NCBI GenBank assembly: GCA_963713975.1
Contig: OY970218.1
Location: 704,001-768,000, forward strand
Length of the DNA stretch: 64,000 nt
Direction: 5' to 3'
DNA from: an uncultured Chloroflexia bacterium
GTDB lineage: Bacteria > Chloroflexota > Limnocylindria > Limnocylindrales > CSP1-4
The position numbers and the translations under genes are program-made. A model generated the notes under the pieces. It was given only the letters and a program-made list of their open reading frames with translations. It did not search any database and was not told the origin of the DNA. Positions 1 to 8,406 of this stretch are shown here, piece after piece (the stretch's first letter is position 1; each line of letters starts with the position of its first letter).

Positions 1-139
1 CGTTGACGATCGTGGCGTCGACGATGATCATCGCCACGCCCAGGCTGAGCATGCTCAGGCCCATCCAGCGGCCTCGGCCTCCCTCCTGGATGGCAGCGGC
101 GCCGGCGGCACTCGCGGATTCGGGCACGGGTTCGGTCAC
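1..139 (-). CDS. MFS transporter, DHA2/EmrB-QacA type (5' end only, runs off the window)
   Basis: Not in the ORF track. My translation of the minus strand gives VTEPVPES...RWMGLSMLSLGVAMIIVDATIVN, matching the DHA2 TM1 motif DxTIVN. GTG at 139 follows AAGGGGAG. Confidence 0.75.
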   Translation of the reverse strand, partial: MTEPVPESASAAGAAAIQEGGRGRWMGLSMLSLGVAMIIVDATIVN

Positions 140-445
140 AGCTGAAGGTGCTCCCCTTGTCAGGCTCGGTTCCAACATGGCGCGGGAACGGCGCCACACG
201 CCAGTCGCTCGAGGCGGCGCGGCGGATGACCCGAGTGTTGCACGAGCGCCCGGACCAACGGGGACCGGGGATCATGGCGCAGGCGATGTGCCTGGTCGTC
301 GAGGCGAGCCCCAACGGCGCGGGTCTCGCAAGCGCCCGCCTGGCGCCGCCATCAGGCGTCGGGCACGGCTTGGCACCCGCACGACCCGCCGCCCGGCGCG
401 GGCCGGCCCGGCCGCGGGACCTCGCGCCCGCGTATGCTCGCGGGC

Positions 446-1822
446 ATGGACCACTGGACGACCATCATCGAGCCCTTCCGCATCCACGCCGTCGAGCCGA
501 TCCGGCTGACCACCGAGTCAGAGCGCGAGCTCGCGCTCGAGGCTGCCGGCTGGAACCTGTTCAACCTGCACGCGGACGACGTTCTCATCGACCTCCTCAC
601 GGACTCCGGCACCGGAGCCATGAGCCGCGACCAGTGGGCCGCCATCCAGCGCGGCGACGAGAGCTACGCTGGCAGCCCCAGCTGGTTCACCTTCCTGGAG
701 GCCGTCCAGAACCTGTTCCCGTTCCGGCACGTCATCCCCACCCACCAGGGCCGCGCGGCCGAGAAGATCCTGTACACGGCCATCGGCGGGGCGGGCAAGG
801 TCATCCCCAACAACACCCACTTCGACACGACCCGGGCCAACGTCGAGTTCACCGGCGCCGAGGCCCTGGATCTCGTGATCGCGGAGGGGCGCCAGCCGTC
901 GCTGATCCACCCGTTCAAGGGCAACATGGACGTCGAGGCGCTGGAGCGCCTGCTCGTCGAGCGCGGCGACGACGTCCCGGCGGTCGTGGTCACGATCACC
1001 AACAACTCCGGTGGTGGCCAGCCGGTGAGCCTCGCCAACCTGCATGCCGTCCGCGACGTCTGCGACCGCTTCGGCAAGCCGCTGTTCCTGGATGGCTGCC
1101 GCTTTGCCGAGAACGCCTGGTTCATCAAGACCCGCGAGCCGGGACAGGAGCACCGCCCGATCGTCGACATCATCCGCGAGATCGGGGGGCTGGCCGATGG
1201 CATGACGATGTCCGCCAAGAAGGACGGCATGGCCAACATCGGCGGCTGGCTGGCCATGAACGACGACGGCCTCGCCGAGAGCTGCCGGAACCTCCTGATC
1301 CTGACCGAGGGCTTCCCGACCTACGGCGGCCTCGCCGGGCGCGACCTGGAGGCCATCGCCCAGGGCCTGGCGGAGGTCGTGGACGAGGACTACCTGCGCT
1401 ACCGGATCACCTCCACCGCATACCTCGGAGAGGCGCTGGTCGCGGCCGGGATGCCGTGCGTGCAGCCGTTCGGGGGTCACGCGGTCTATATCGACGCGCG
1501 GGCGATGCTGCCCCACATCCCTCCGCTCCAGTACCCCGGCCAGGCGCTGGCGGTGGAGCTGTACCGGGCCGGCGGCATCCGCGGCTGCGAGATCGGCACG
1601 GTGATGTTTGGGCTGCATCCGGACGGGACCGAGACCGAGGGCCCCATGGATCTCGTGCGCCTCGCGATCCCGCGCCGGACGTACACGCAGAGCCACGTGG
1701 ACTACGTGATCGAGGTCGCCCGCGACGTCGTCTCCCGGGCGTCGACGCTGCGTGGCTACCGGATCGTGAAGCAGCCCTCCCAGCTGCGGCACTTCACGGC
1801 CACCTTCGCCCCGCTGGGCTGA
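446..1822 (+). CDS. tnaA: Tryptophanase (beta-eliminating lyase)
   Basis: Motifs IDLLTDSGT, THQGRAAE and PLP-lysine MSAKKD. C-terminal LRHFTA has His as in tryptophanase, where tyrosine phenol-lyase has Phe. Start placed at ATG 446, 7 nt after TATGCT. Confidence 0.88.
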   Translation: MDHWTTIIEPFRIHAVEPIRLTTESERELALEAAGWNLFNLHADDVLIDLLTDSGTGAMSRDQWAAIQRGDESYAGSPSWFTFLEAVQNLFPFRHVIPTHQGRAAEKILYTAIGGAGKVIPNNTHFDTTRANVEFTGAEALDLVIAEGRQPSLIHPFKGNMDVEALERLLVERGDDVPAVVVTITNNSGGGQPVSLANLHAVRDVCDRFGKPLFLDGCRFAENAWFIKTREPGQEHRPIVDIIREIGGLADGMTMSAKKDGMANIGGWLAMNDDGLAESCRNLLILTEGFPTYGGLAGRDLEAIAQGLAEVVDEDYLRYRITSTAYLGEALVAAGMPCVQPFGGHAVYIDARAMLPHIPPLQYPGQALAVELYRAGGIRGCEIGTVMFGLHPDGTETEGPMDLVRLAIPRRTYTQSHVDYVIEVARDVVSRASTLRGYRIVKQPSQLRHFTATFAPLG

Positions 1823-1830
1823 GCCGTCGC

Positions 1831-2262
1831 ATGCGGATCCTCGTGGTCGATGGGCCGAACCTCAACCTGGTCGGGACCCGGGAGCCCGCCATCTACGGAT
1901 CGGAGACGCTGGGCCAGATCCACGACCGGATGCGGGTGCGTGCACTGGAGCTGGGCGTGCAGCTGGACTTCTTCCAGTCCAACCACGAGGGGCGGCTCAT
2001 CGACCGGCTGCACGAGCGCGACTACGATGGTGCCGTCGTCAACGCGGGCGGCCTCACCCACACGAGCGTCGCGCTGCGGGACGCGCTGCTGGGCGTGGCC
2101 CGGCCGTTCGTCGAGGTCCACCTGTCCGACCCCTCGACGCGTGAGCCGTTCCGGAGCGTGAACTTCCTCCACGACATCGCCGTCGCGAGCGTCGTCGGGC
2201 GTGGGCCGGCGGGCTATGTCCTGGGCCTGGACGCGCTGGTGGAGCACCTGCGCCGGGGCTGA
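1831..2262 (+). CDS. aroQ: Type II 3-dehydroquinate dehydratase
   Basis: GPNLNLVGTREPAIYG, QSNHEG, THTSVALRDA and EVHLS motifs in the C-terminal part of track ORF 148..2262. Confidence 0.93.
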   Translation: MRILVVDGPNLNLVGTREPAIYGSETLGQIHDRMRVRALELGVQLDFFQSNHEGRLIDRLHERDYDGAVVNAGGLTHTSVALRDALLGVARPFVEVHLSDPSTREPFRSVNFLHDIAVASVVGRGPAGYVLGLDALVEHLRRG

Positions 2263-2309
2263 CCGGCGAGCCCGATCCACGGTGCCGCAGGGGTCGCGCG
2301 ACACACGCC

Positions 2310-3503
2310 TCAGACGGAAGCGCGGGCTGTTGCCGCCGCCACGCGCCTCCGCGAACGGAGCTCGCCGGCCACCGCTGCGACCGATGCCACGACGAACACC
2401 AGCATCGAGGTGACGGTGAGGACGCCGCCCAGCTGCCAGGCCTGCGGGAACGACGCAAGGTCGCCGGCCACGACGCGGATCAGCAGCCCGACGTGGAGGA
2501 GCAGGAGGTGCCCGTAGAGCCATGGCCGATACGGTAGGGGCACACGTAGCACGGCCGGCAGGATGACGGGTGCGTGCCCGTAGACCATCGAGATCACGAA
2601 GCCCAGGAACAGCGCGTGGAGCATGGCGTCGCGAGCCAGGGCCGGTGCCGCACCGCCGTACGCCAGCCAGGTGATCCCGCCGACAGCGAGCCAGGCGTAC
2701 CCGGCAAGCAGGCACAGCGCGATGAAGCGCGTGACGCCGGGCAGGCGGACGGTCCGGCGGGCGATGTCATACCGGGCGAGCCATGCCGCGAGGCCGAGCA
2801 GCCCCAGGCCACCAAGGCGCAGCCCGAGGTCGGGAGCCCACGTCGTGGCGATCACCCCGGCCCCGAACACGCCCGCCGCCACCAGGAACGTGGCACGTCG
2901 GCCCGGCGTGAGCCGGGCGAGCCGGGCGAGCTCGAGGCGCTCACCTGCCACGGTCAGGATCAGCAGCGCCGCAAGCGCCGGCACTGCGTCAGCGACCGGA
3001 CGTCCGGCCTGGAGCAGGGCAGCCGCGAGGATCCAGGCCAGGGCACCCGCCGCCTGGACCCAGGTGTGGAGCCCTCGGTCCATGCCGAGGAACACGAGGT
3101 AGATCGCCAGGTACACGATCGACGCAATGGAGAGCAGCGTCGTCACGAAGATCGCCGGCGCCCCGATCACCATGCCCGCGCCCGCAAGGCCCGCGGCGAG
3201 CGGGGCAACGTACCCCCACCCACGACCAAGCGCGACCGCCCGCTCCAGCGCGATGACGGTTCCCAGGAACCCGAGCGCCATCAGCAGCCCGTGCGACCCG
3301 GCGAGGCGGGCAGCCGGCGTTGGGCCGATCACGCCGAGCAGGACGAGGGCACCGTACAACCCGGCGAGGAGCGAAGCGCCTGCGAGGGCGAGCAGACCGA
3401 ACCGCCGCGGCGATGGGCCGGGCGCCTGCCGGGACGACGGCCCAGGGGTGGTCGATGGGCTGCGCGCCGCGGTGGCCGCGCGCGTGACGCTCAGCCCGGC
3501 CAC
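2310..3503 (-). CDS. Multi-pass membrane protein, NnrS-like
   Basis: About 12 hydrophobic segments with His motifs HGLLMALGFLGTVIALERAVAL and HALFLGFVISMVYGHAPVILP. Start uncertain. Confidence 0.65.
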   Translation of the reverse strand: MAGLSVTRAATAARSPSTTPGPSSRQAPGPSPRRFGLLALAGASLLAGLYGALVLLGVIGPTPAARLAGSHGLLMALGFLGTVIALERAVALGRGWGYVAPLAAGLAGAGMVIGAPAIFVTTLLSIASIVYLAIYLVFLGMDRGLHTWVQAAGALAWILAAALLQAGRPVADAVPALAALLILTVAGERLELARLARLTPGRRATFLVAAGVFGAGVIATTWAPDLGLRLGGLGLLGLAAWLARYDIARRTVRLPGVTRFIALCLLAGYAWLAVGGITWLAYGGAAPALARDAMLHALFLGFVISMVYGHAPVILPAVLRVPLPYRPWLYGHLLLLHVGLLIRVVAGDLASFPQAWQLGGVLTVTSMLVFVVASVAAVAGELRSRRRVAAATARASV

Positions 3504-3832
3504 CCGAGCACCTTTCGGGCCGCATCGCTCATGAGGGCCGGCGTCCAGCGTGGCTCATGGACCACCTGGACCTCGACGCCCAGGATCCCCGGCAGGCGCA
3601 GGACGGCCCAGCGAACCTGGTCCTCCAGGTAGTCCCCGATCGGGCACGCCGGCGTGGTGGTGGTGAGCGTGATGTATGCGATGCCGTCCGACACCGCGAC
3701 CTCGTAGACCAGTCCCAGGTCCACGAGATTGACACCCAGCTCCGGGTCGATGACGGACCGGAGCGCCTCGAGCACGGGCGCGGGATCGTCGTCGAGAGCG
3801 AGCAGATCGGCGAGACCAATCGGATCAGGCAT
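3491..3832 (-). CDS. DUF59/SufT-PaaD-like metal-sulfur cluster assembly factor
   Basis: VIDPELGVNLVDLGLVY, TTTTPACP and EPRWTP motifs. Confidence 0.9.
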   Translation of the reverse strand: MPDPIGLADLLALDDDPAPVLEALRSVIDPELGVNLVDLGLVYEVAVSDGIAYITLTTTTPACPIGDYLEDQVRWAVLRLPGILGVEVQVVHEPRWTPALMSDAARKVLGWPG

Positions 3833-4478
3833 CGTTCAGGCTCCCAAGGTGGGCCACGCAAAGGTCGGGCCGGACCAGCGAATCGAGGGCGACCACGTCC
3901 CGCGTGGAACCGAGCTCGCGGAGCGCGCCGCGCATGAAGCCCAGGTGGACGCCGCAGACCACCTGGAGATGGCGGCCCTCGATGGGCAGGAACGGGCAGG
4001 CATGCAGCCAGAGCTCGCCGTCCGGGGCCGCGGGCACCTCGGGCTCGAACCCAGCCTCGGCCATGAGCGTGACCACCGCCTCGACCGGGTCTGCCTCGTG
4101 GCGACCCGGGTCCCCATCGCGCAGCGTCGACGCGGCCTGGCGGCCCCAGCGTTCGCCGGCCATTGCTGCGGAGTCGTCGTCCCGATGCGCCAGCTCGTCC
4201 GCCAGGACACCGGCGAGCAGCCGATAGGGATCGACCTCGGTGTCCGGTGCCAGGCTGTACCGGAGACCCGGTCGTCCCCGTCCGCTGGGTGCCGCCGTCG
4301 AGACACCAACCAGACCAGCCTCAACGAGCGCGCGGAGCTGTTCGCGGGCCGAGTTGGGGTGGAGCCCGACCAGGCCGGCCAGCGTTCGCACGTCCAGCGC
4401 CTCACCCGATCCCTGCAGCACCCGCAGCAGGGCGCGGCGGCTGGATCCAGCAAGGGCGGCGTGGCGGTCGAACGGCAT
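3825..4478 (-). CDS. ArsR-type HTH transcriptional regulator, SufR/ArnR-like with C-terminal Cys ligands
   Basis: N-terminal HTH (LAGLVGLHPNSAREQL...GRGRP) and C-terminal HACPF-x11-CGVHLG. Confidence 0.82.
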   Translation of the reverse strand: MPFDRHAALAGSSRRALLRVLQGSGEALDVRTLAGLVGLHPNSAREQLRALVEAGLVGVSTAAPSGRGRPGLRYSLAPDTEVDPYRLLAGVLADELAHRDDDSAAMAGERWGRQAASTLRDGDPGRHEADPVEAVVTLMAEAGFEPEVPAAPDGELWLHACPFLPIEGRHLQVVCGVHLGFMRGALRELGSTRDVVALDSLVRPDLCVAHLGSLNDA

Positions 4479-4552
4479 GTTTGCATTTTACACGGTATCT
4501 GCCGTACATTTCCAGTCGGATCCTCATCAGTCCCCGCCACATGGAGCCCTCG

Positions 4553-4804
4553 ATGACCGACCCCCAGAAGATCGACCTGCGCGGCATGCCGATGGAGCCA
4601 CGTCACGAGCTCCTGTTCGGCGCGATCTTCGGGCTCCAGCCGGGGGAGGCGGTCGAGATCACGAACGACCACGACCCTGCCCACCTCTCCGAGCGACTCG
4701 CCGTCGAGCATCCGGGCAGGTTCACCTGGACCTGGCTGGAGGAGGGGCCGCTCGCCTGGCGGTTCCGGCTCGACTGCCACCGGGGGGCTGCCGGCACTGC
4801 CTGA
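4553..4804 (+). CDS. DUF2249 domain protein
   Basis: IDLRGM-PxxRH...LQPGE...NDHDP...WTWLEEGP..W pattern. SD GGAG upstream of ATG 4553. Confidence 0.8.
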   Translation: MTDPQKIDLRGMPMEPRHELLFGAIFGLQPGEAVEITNDHDPAHLSERLAVEHPGRFTWTWLEEGPLAWRFRLDCHRGAAGTA

Positions 4805-4931
4805 TGTCGGCAGGGCCCGACCGGGGAGAACCCTTCGGCCCTTGGCCGAGGCCCTCCGAACCAATGAGAGTCTTCCAGGTGGCAGGGAAGCGTCCCACCC
4901 TCCGCCGTAATCGAGCGAAAGGGACCAACAC

Positions 4932-5156
4932 GTGCGACTCACGAGGCGCCACCTCCTGACCGCGGCCGTTGCCGTGCCGGGGGTTCTCGTCCTCCAGCGT
5001 GGCGCGGCATTCGTGGGCGAGGCCGCTGCGGGTGCCATCCGTGCTGCGAGGCCCACGGCCTCCGGGACGAGCGCGACCCGCTGTGCTCAGTGCGGCTCGC
5101 CCGATCACACCATGCTCGACCCCCGCTGCCCGCTGGCCCCGAGGGTCATCTCCTGA
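4932..5156 (+). CDS. Small putative Tat-exported protein with a C-x2-C-x4-H-x6-C motif
   Basis: SD-like GAAAGGGA, N-terminal TRRHLL plus hydrophobic stretch, CAQCGSPDHTMLDPRC. Its stop overlaps the next start (TGATG). Confidence 0.65.
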   Translation: MRLTRRHLLTAAVAVPGVLVLQRGAAFVGEAAAGAIRAARPTASGTSATRCAQCGSPDHTMLDPRCPLAPRVIS

Positions 5157-7693
5157 TGGGGACCGATCGCCGCACCTTCCTCAAGGGAACCGCCGGAGCG
5201 GCCGCCGCCATCGGGGCGGGCGGCCTCCTGCCCGTGCTCCAGCCACCGCCCGTCCGGGCCGCCCGCGACTACGACGTCCCGGCCAGCACCCTTGTCGATC
5301 GCGTCGTACGGACAACGTGCTCGCCCAACTGCACCGGCAGCTGCGGCCAGCTGGCGTTCGTCCGCGACGATGTCATCGTCAAGATCCAGCAGGCCGCGGA
5401 CTACCCCGACGAGGCCTACAACCCTCGGGGCTGCATGAAGGGCCTCTCGTACCAGAACCAGATCTACGGCTCCGACCGGATCATGACCCCGCTGGTCCGC
5501 ACCGGCGATCGTGGTTCCGGCGAGTTCCGCCAGGCCGGCTGGGACGAGGTCCTGGACCAGATCGCGGCCGACTTCACGAGGATCGGCGAGACCTACGGAT
5601 GGGATTCCATCCACGTCTTCGGCCAGGTCCCGGGCTCCGGGTACATCCAGAAGGGCGCCAACTACCGGGCATCCGCCCTCCTGGGCCTGACCCACGGCAC
5701 GAGCTTCGACTTCAACGGTGACCTGCCGATGGGCATGCCGATCACGTTCGGCGTCCAGAACGCGGAGCACGAGGCGAAGGACTGGGCGAACAGCCGGTTC
5801 CTGCTCCTGATCGGCTCCAACCCGATCGAGACCCGCATCCCGGACGTCCACTTCGTGTTCGACGCACTGGAGAAGGGTGCGCGGCTGGTGGTCGTCGATC
5901 CCAGCTTCTCCTCCACCGCGTCCAAGGCCGATGCGCACCTGCGGATCCGGCCGGGCACGGACGCCGCCCTGGGGCTCGCCCTGTGCCGCCAGGTGGTCGA
6001 GGATGGGACCTGGGATCCGGCCTTCATGACCACGTACACGGATGCCGCGCTGCTGGTCCGTGACGACACCGGCGTGCGGCTCCGCGAGGCGGACCTGGTC
6101 GACGGCGGGTCCCCGGACAAGTTCGTCGCCTGGGACACGACGAGCGCGGGCCCGGTGATCGTGGGCACGGACCGCCTGGGGTTTGCCGACGGGGTCACGC
6201 CGGCGCTCGAGGGCACGTGGTCAATCCAACTGGCCAACGGATCCTCGATCGCGGCCACGCCCGGCTTCGCCCGCGTCCGCGCCGAGCTGGACCGCTGGAC
6301 GCCGGAGGCGGCCGCCGAGATCACCGGCCTGGAGCCGGAGGCCATCGTCAAGGTCGCCCGGGCCTACGCGACCACCCAGCCCGCGGCCATCCTGATGGGC
6401 GGCGGCAGCAACCACTGGTACCACGGTGACCTGACGGGCCGGGCGTTCGCGCTGCTGGCGACGCTCACCGGCAACATCGGCCGGTCCGGGGGCGGCTTCT
6501 CCGTCTACGTGGGGCAGTACAAGGTCCGGGTGGACACCTCGCCCTGGTGGAGCCCGGGCGGCACCAAGGCACACGTGGTCCCGTCCATCTACTTCGTGCG
6601 CGGCCGGACGGAGACCATGCACCCGACCGTGCCCTACCCGGAGCAGGGCTGGCACGGCCTGTTCTGCACCTTTGCCAACATGTTCGTGCAGTCGATGGAC
6701 GTGAACCGCCTGCACGAGACGCTCGCCGGCCTGGACCTCGTGGTCGTGGTGGACCACCAGATGACCGAGACGGCCAAGTGGGCGGACATCGTCCTGCCCG
6801 CCACCACCTGGTACGAGAAGACCGACCTCACGGCGACGCCGCTCCATCCCTTCCTCCAGCTGCAGCAGCAGGCGATCGCGCCGGTCGGCGAGTCCCGCTC
6901 CGAGCTGGCGATCTGGCGCGAGATCGTGCGGCGGATCGACCCTGCCAAGGCCGCGGAGTTCTTCGACCTCGACGAGGAGGCAGCGATCGAGGAGATCCTC
7001 GTGGCCGGCAACGTCCCGGGCAGCCCCACGGAGGGCATCACCCTCGAGCAGCTCAAGGCGGGTCCCGTGCGGCTCAAGGTCCCGGACCCCGACATCCCGT
7101 TCCTCGCCCAGATCCAGGACCTCGAGCCGTTCCCGCCGCGGTCCCTGCCCGCGGCGCTGGAGGCGACGGCCGCGTTCATCCCGACCCGCAGGATCGAGTT
7201 CTACAAGGAGGAGGAGCGGTTCCAGGAGCTGGGTGAGACAGTGCCCACCTACCGGCCACCTCACGATGACATCGTCCACGACCCTGCGGAATGGCCGATG
7301 CAGCTCCTCTCCCCGCACAGCAAGTGGCGGATCCATTCCTCGTACGCCAACAACGCCTGGCTCGAGGAGATCCACGGCGGCAAGCCCGAGGTCTTCATCT
7401 CGCCGGTCGACGCGTTCGCTCGCGAGATCGAGACGGGTGACCGCGTCCGCGTCTGGAACACCCGCGGCCAGCTCGAGGCATGGGCGCACGTGACCCCGTC
7501 CGAGCAGCCGGGCTCCATCACCCTCTACGAGGGCTGGTGGCCGCGCCAGTTCGCGAGCGGCAAGGGCGTCAACGAGCTCACCTCGTCGGAGGTCAATCCC
7601 ATCCACGAGGTCCACTACGTCGGCAACATGTGGTGTCCCTCCACCGGCTGGAAGGACTGCCGGTGCGACATCGCGAAGGCGGGTGATGCCTGA
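5156..7693 (+). CDS. Tat-exported Mo-bisPGD oxidoreductase catalytic subunit, type II DMSO reductase family (Nar/Pcr/Ser-like)
   Basis: Tat signal DRRTFLK. FS0 motif CSPNCTGSC...NPRGCMKG. FDFNGDLP aligns with the NarG Mo-ligating Asp region (YDWYCDLP). Also DIVLPATTWYEK and SPHSKWRIHS. Confidence 0.88.
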   Translation: MGTDRRTFLKGTAGAAAAIGAGGLLPVLQPPPVRAARDYDVPASTLVDRVVRTTCSPNCTGSCGQLAFVRDDVIVKIQQAADYPDEAYNPRGCMKGLSYQNQIYGSDRIMTPLVRTGDRGSGEFRQAGWDEVLDQIAADFTRIGETYGWDSIHVFGQVPGSGYIQKGANYRASALLGLTHGTSFDFNGDLPMGMPITFGVQNAEHEAKDWANSRFLLLIGSNPIETRIPDVHFVFDALEKGARLVVVDPSFSSTASKADAHLRIRPGTDAALGLALCRQVVEDGTWDPAFMTTYTDAALLVRDDTGVRLREADLVDGGSPDKFVAWDTTSAGPVIVGTDRLGFADGVTPALEGTWSIQLANGSSIAATPGFARVRAELDRWTPEAAAEITGLEPEAIVKVARAYATTQPAAILMGGGSNHWYHGDLTGRAFALLATLTGNIGRSGGGFSVYVGQYKVRVDTSPWWSPGGTKAHVVPSIYFVRGRTETMHPTVPYPEQGWHGLFCTFANMFVQSMDVNRLHETLAGLDLVVVVDHQMTETAKWADIVLPATTWYEKTDLTATPLHPFLQLQQQAIAPVGESRSELAIWREIVRRIDPAKAAEFFDLDEEAAIEEILVAGNVPGSPTEGITLEQLKAGPVRLKVPDPDIPFLAQIQDLEPFPPRSLPAALEATAAFIPTRRIEFYKEEERFQELGETVPTYRPPHDDIVHDPAEWPMQLLSPHSKWRIHSSYANNAWLEEIHGGKPEVFISPVDAFAREIETGDRVRVWNTRGQLEAWAHVTPSEQPGSITLYEGWWPRQFASGKGVNELTSSEVNPIHEVHYVGNMWCPSTGWKDCRCDIAKAGDA

Positions 7694-8406
7694 TGGCCGA
7701 CGAGAAGATCTCCCCGGTCGAGGCCCTCTCGCCGGCATCGCGGGCGTGGGGCGAGATCGACCCGCACTCCGACCACCCCCGTTGGGGCATGGTGGTGGAC
7801 CAGGAGCGCTGCATCGGCTGCTGGTCGTGCGCCATCATCTGCAAGGGCGAGAACGACATCCCGCTCGGGATGTGGTGGAACCGCATCCTCACCGAGGGCG
7901 AGTCCCTGGACCAGCCCGAGGTGATCCGTGGCCAGGGGCTGGAGATGGCCTGGCTGCCCCTTGCCTGCCAGCACTGTGGCAATGCGCCGTGCGTGAAGGT
8001 CTGTCCCGTCCAGGCGACCTATCACCGCAGCGACGGGCTGGTCATGCAGGACAACGACCGGTGCATCGGATGCCGCTACTGCATGATCGCCTGCCCCTAC
8101 GGCGTGCGCACCTTCAACTGGGGCGTGGCCGAGCGGCCCACGTCGTACGAGACGGGCATGGTCCCGGCCCGCGACCTGGGCACCGTGGAGAAGTGCACGA
8201 TGTGCGTCCATCGGCTGGCCGAGGACCAGGTGCCCTCGTGCGTCTGGTCATGCCCGGCGCAGGCGCGGATCTTCGGCGACCTCAATGACCCGGTGGGCCG
8301 CGTCTCGACGCTGATCGTCGAGCGTGGAGGCGAGCGCCTGCTCGAGGAGTCCGGCACGGATCCGTCGGTCTACTACCTGCCGCCGCGCCGGAGGTCCCCG
8401 CTGTGA
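7693..8406 (+). CDS. 4Fe-4S electron-transfer subunit (NrfC/DmsB/PsrB-like)
   Basis: Four Cys groups (16 Cys): CIGCWSCAIIC, CQHCGNAPCVKVCP, CIGCRYCMIACP, KCTMC...PSCVWSCP. Confidence 0.93.
   Translation: MADEKISPVEALSPASRAWGEIDPHSDHPRWGMVVDQERCIGCWSCAIICKGENDIPLGMWWNRILTEGESLDQPEVIRGQGLEMAWLPLACQHCGNAPCVKVCPVQATYHRSDGLVMQDNDRCIGCRYCMIACPYGVRTFNWGVAERPTSYETGMVPARDLGTVEKCTMCVHRLAEDQVPSCVWSCPAQARIFGDLNDPVGRVSTLIVERGGERLLEESGTDPSVYYLPPRRRSPL

Noticed and set aside
180-445. TnaC-like leader peptide or attenuator for tnaA
   Set aside because: No short Trp-containing leader ORF with an SD was seen, and the gene appears leaderless.
148-2262. 704-aa ORF suggesting a long N-terminal fusion to AroQ
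   Set aside because: The N-terminal part is an Arg/Pro-rich shadow frame over tnaA. The real aroQ starts at ATG 1831.
5081-5130. c-type heme site in the small Tat protein
   Set aside because: The motif is CxxCGSPDH, not CxxCH.
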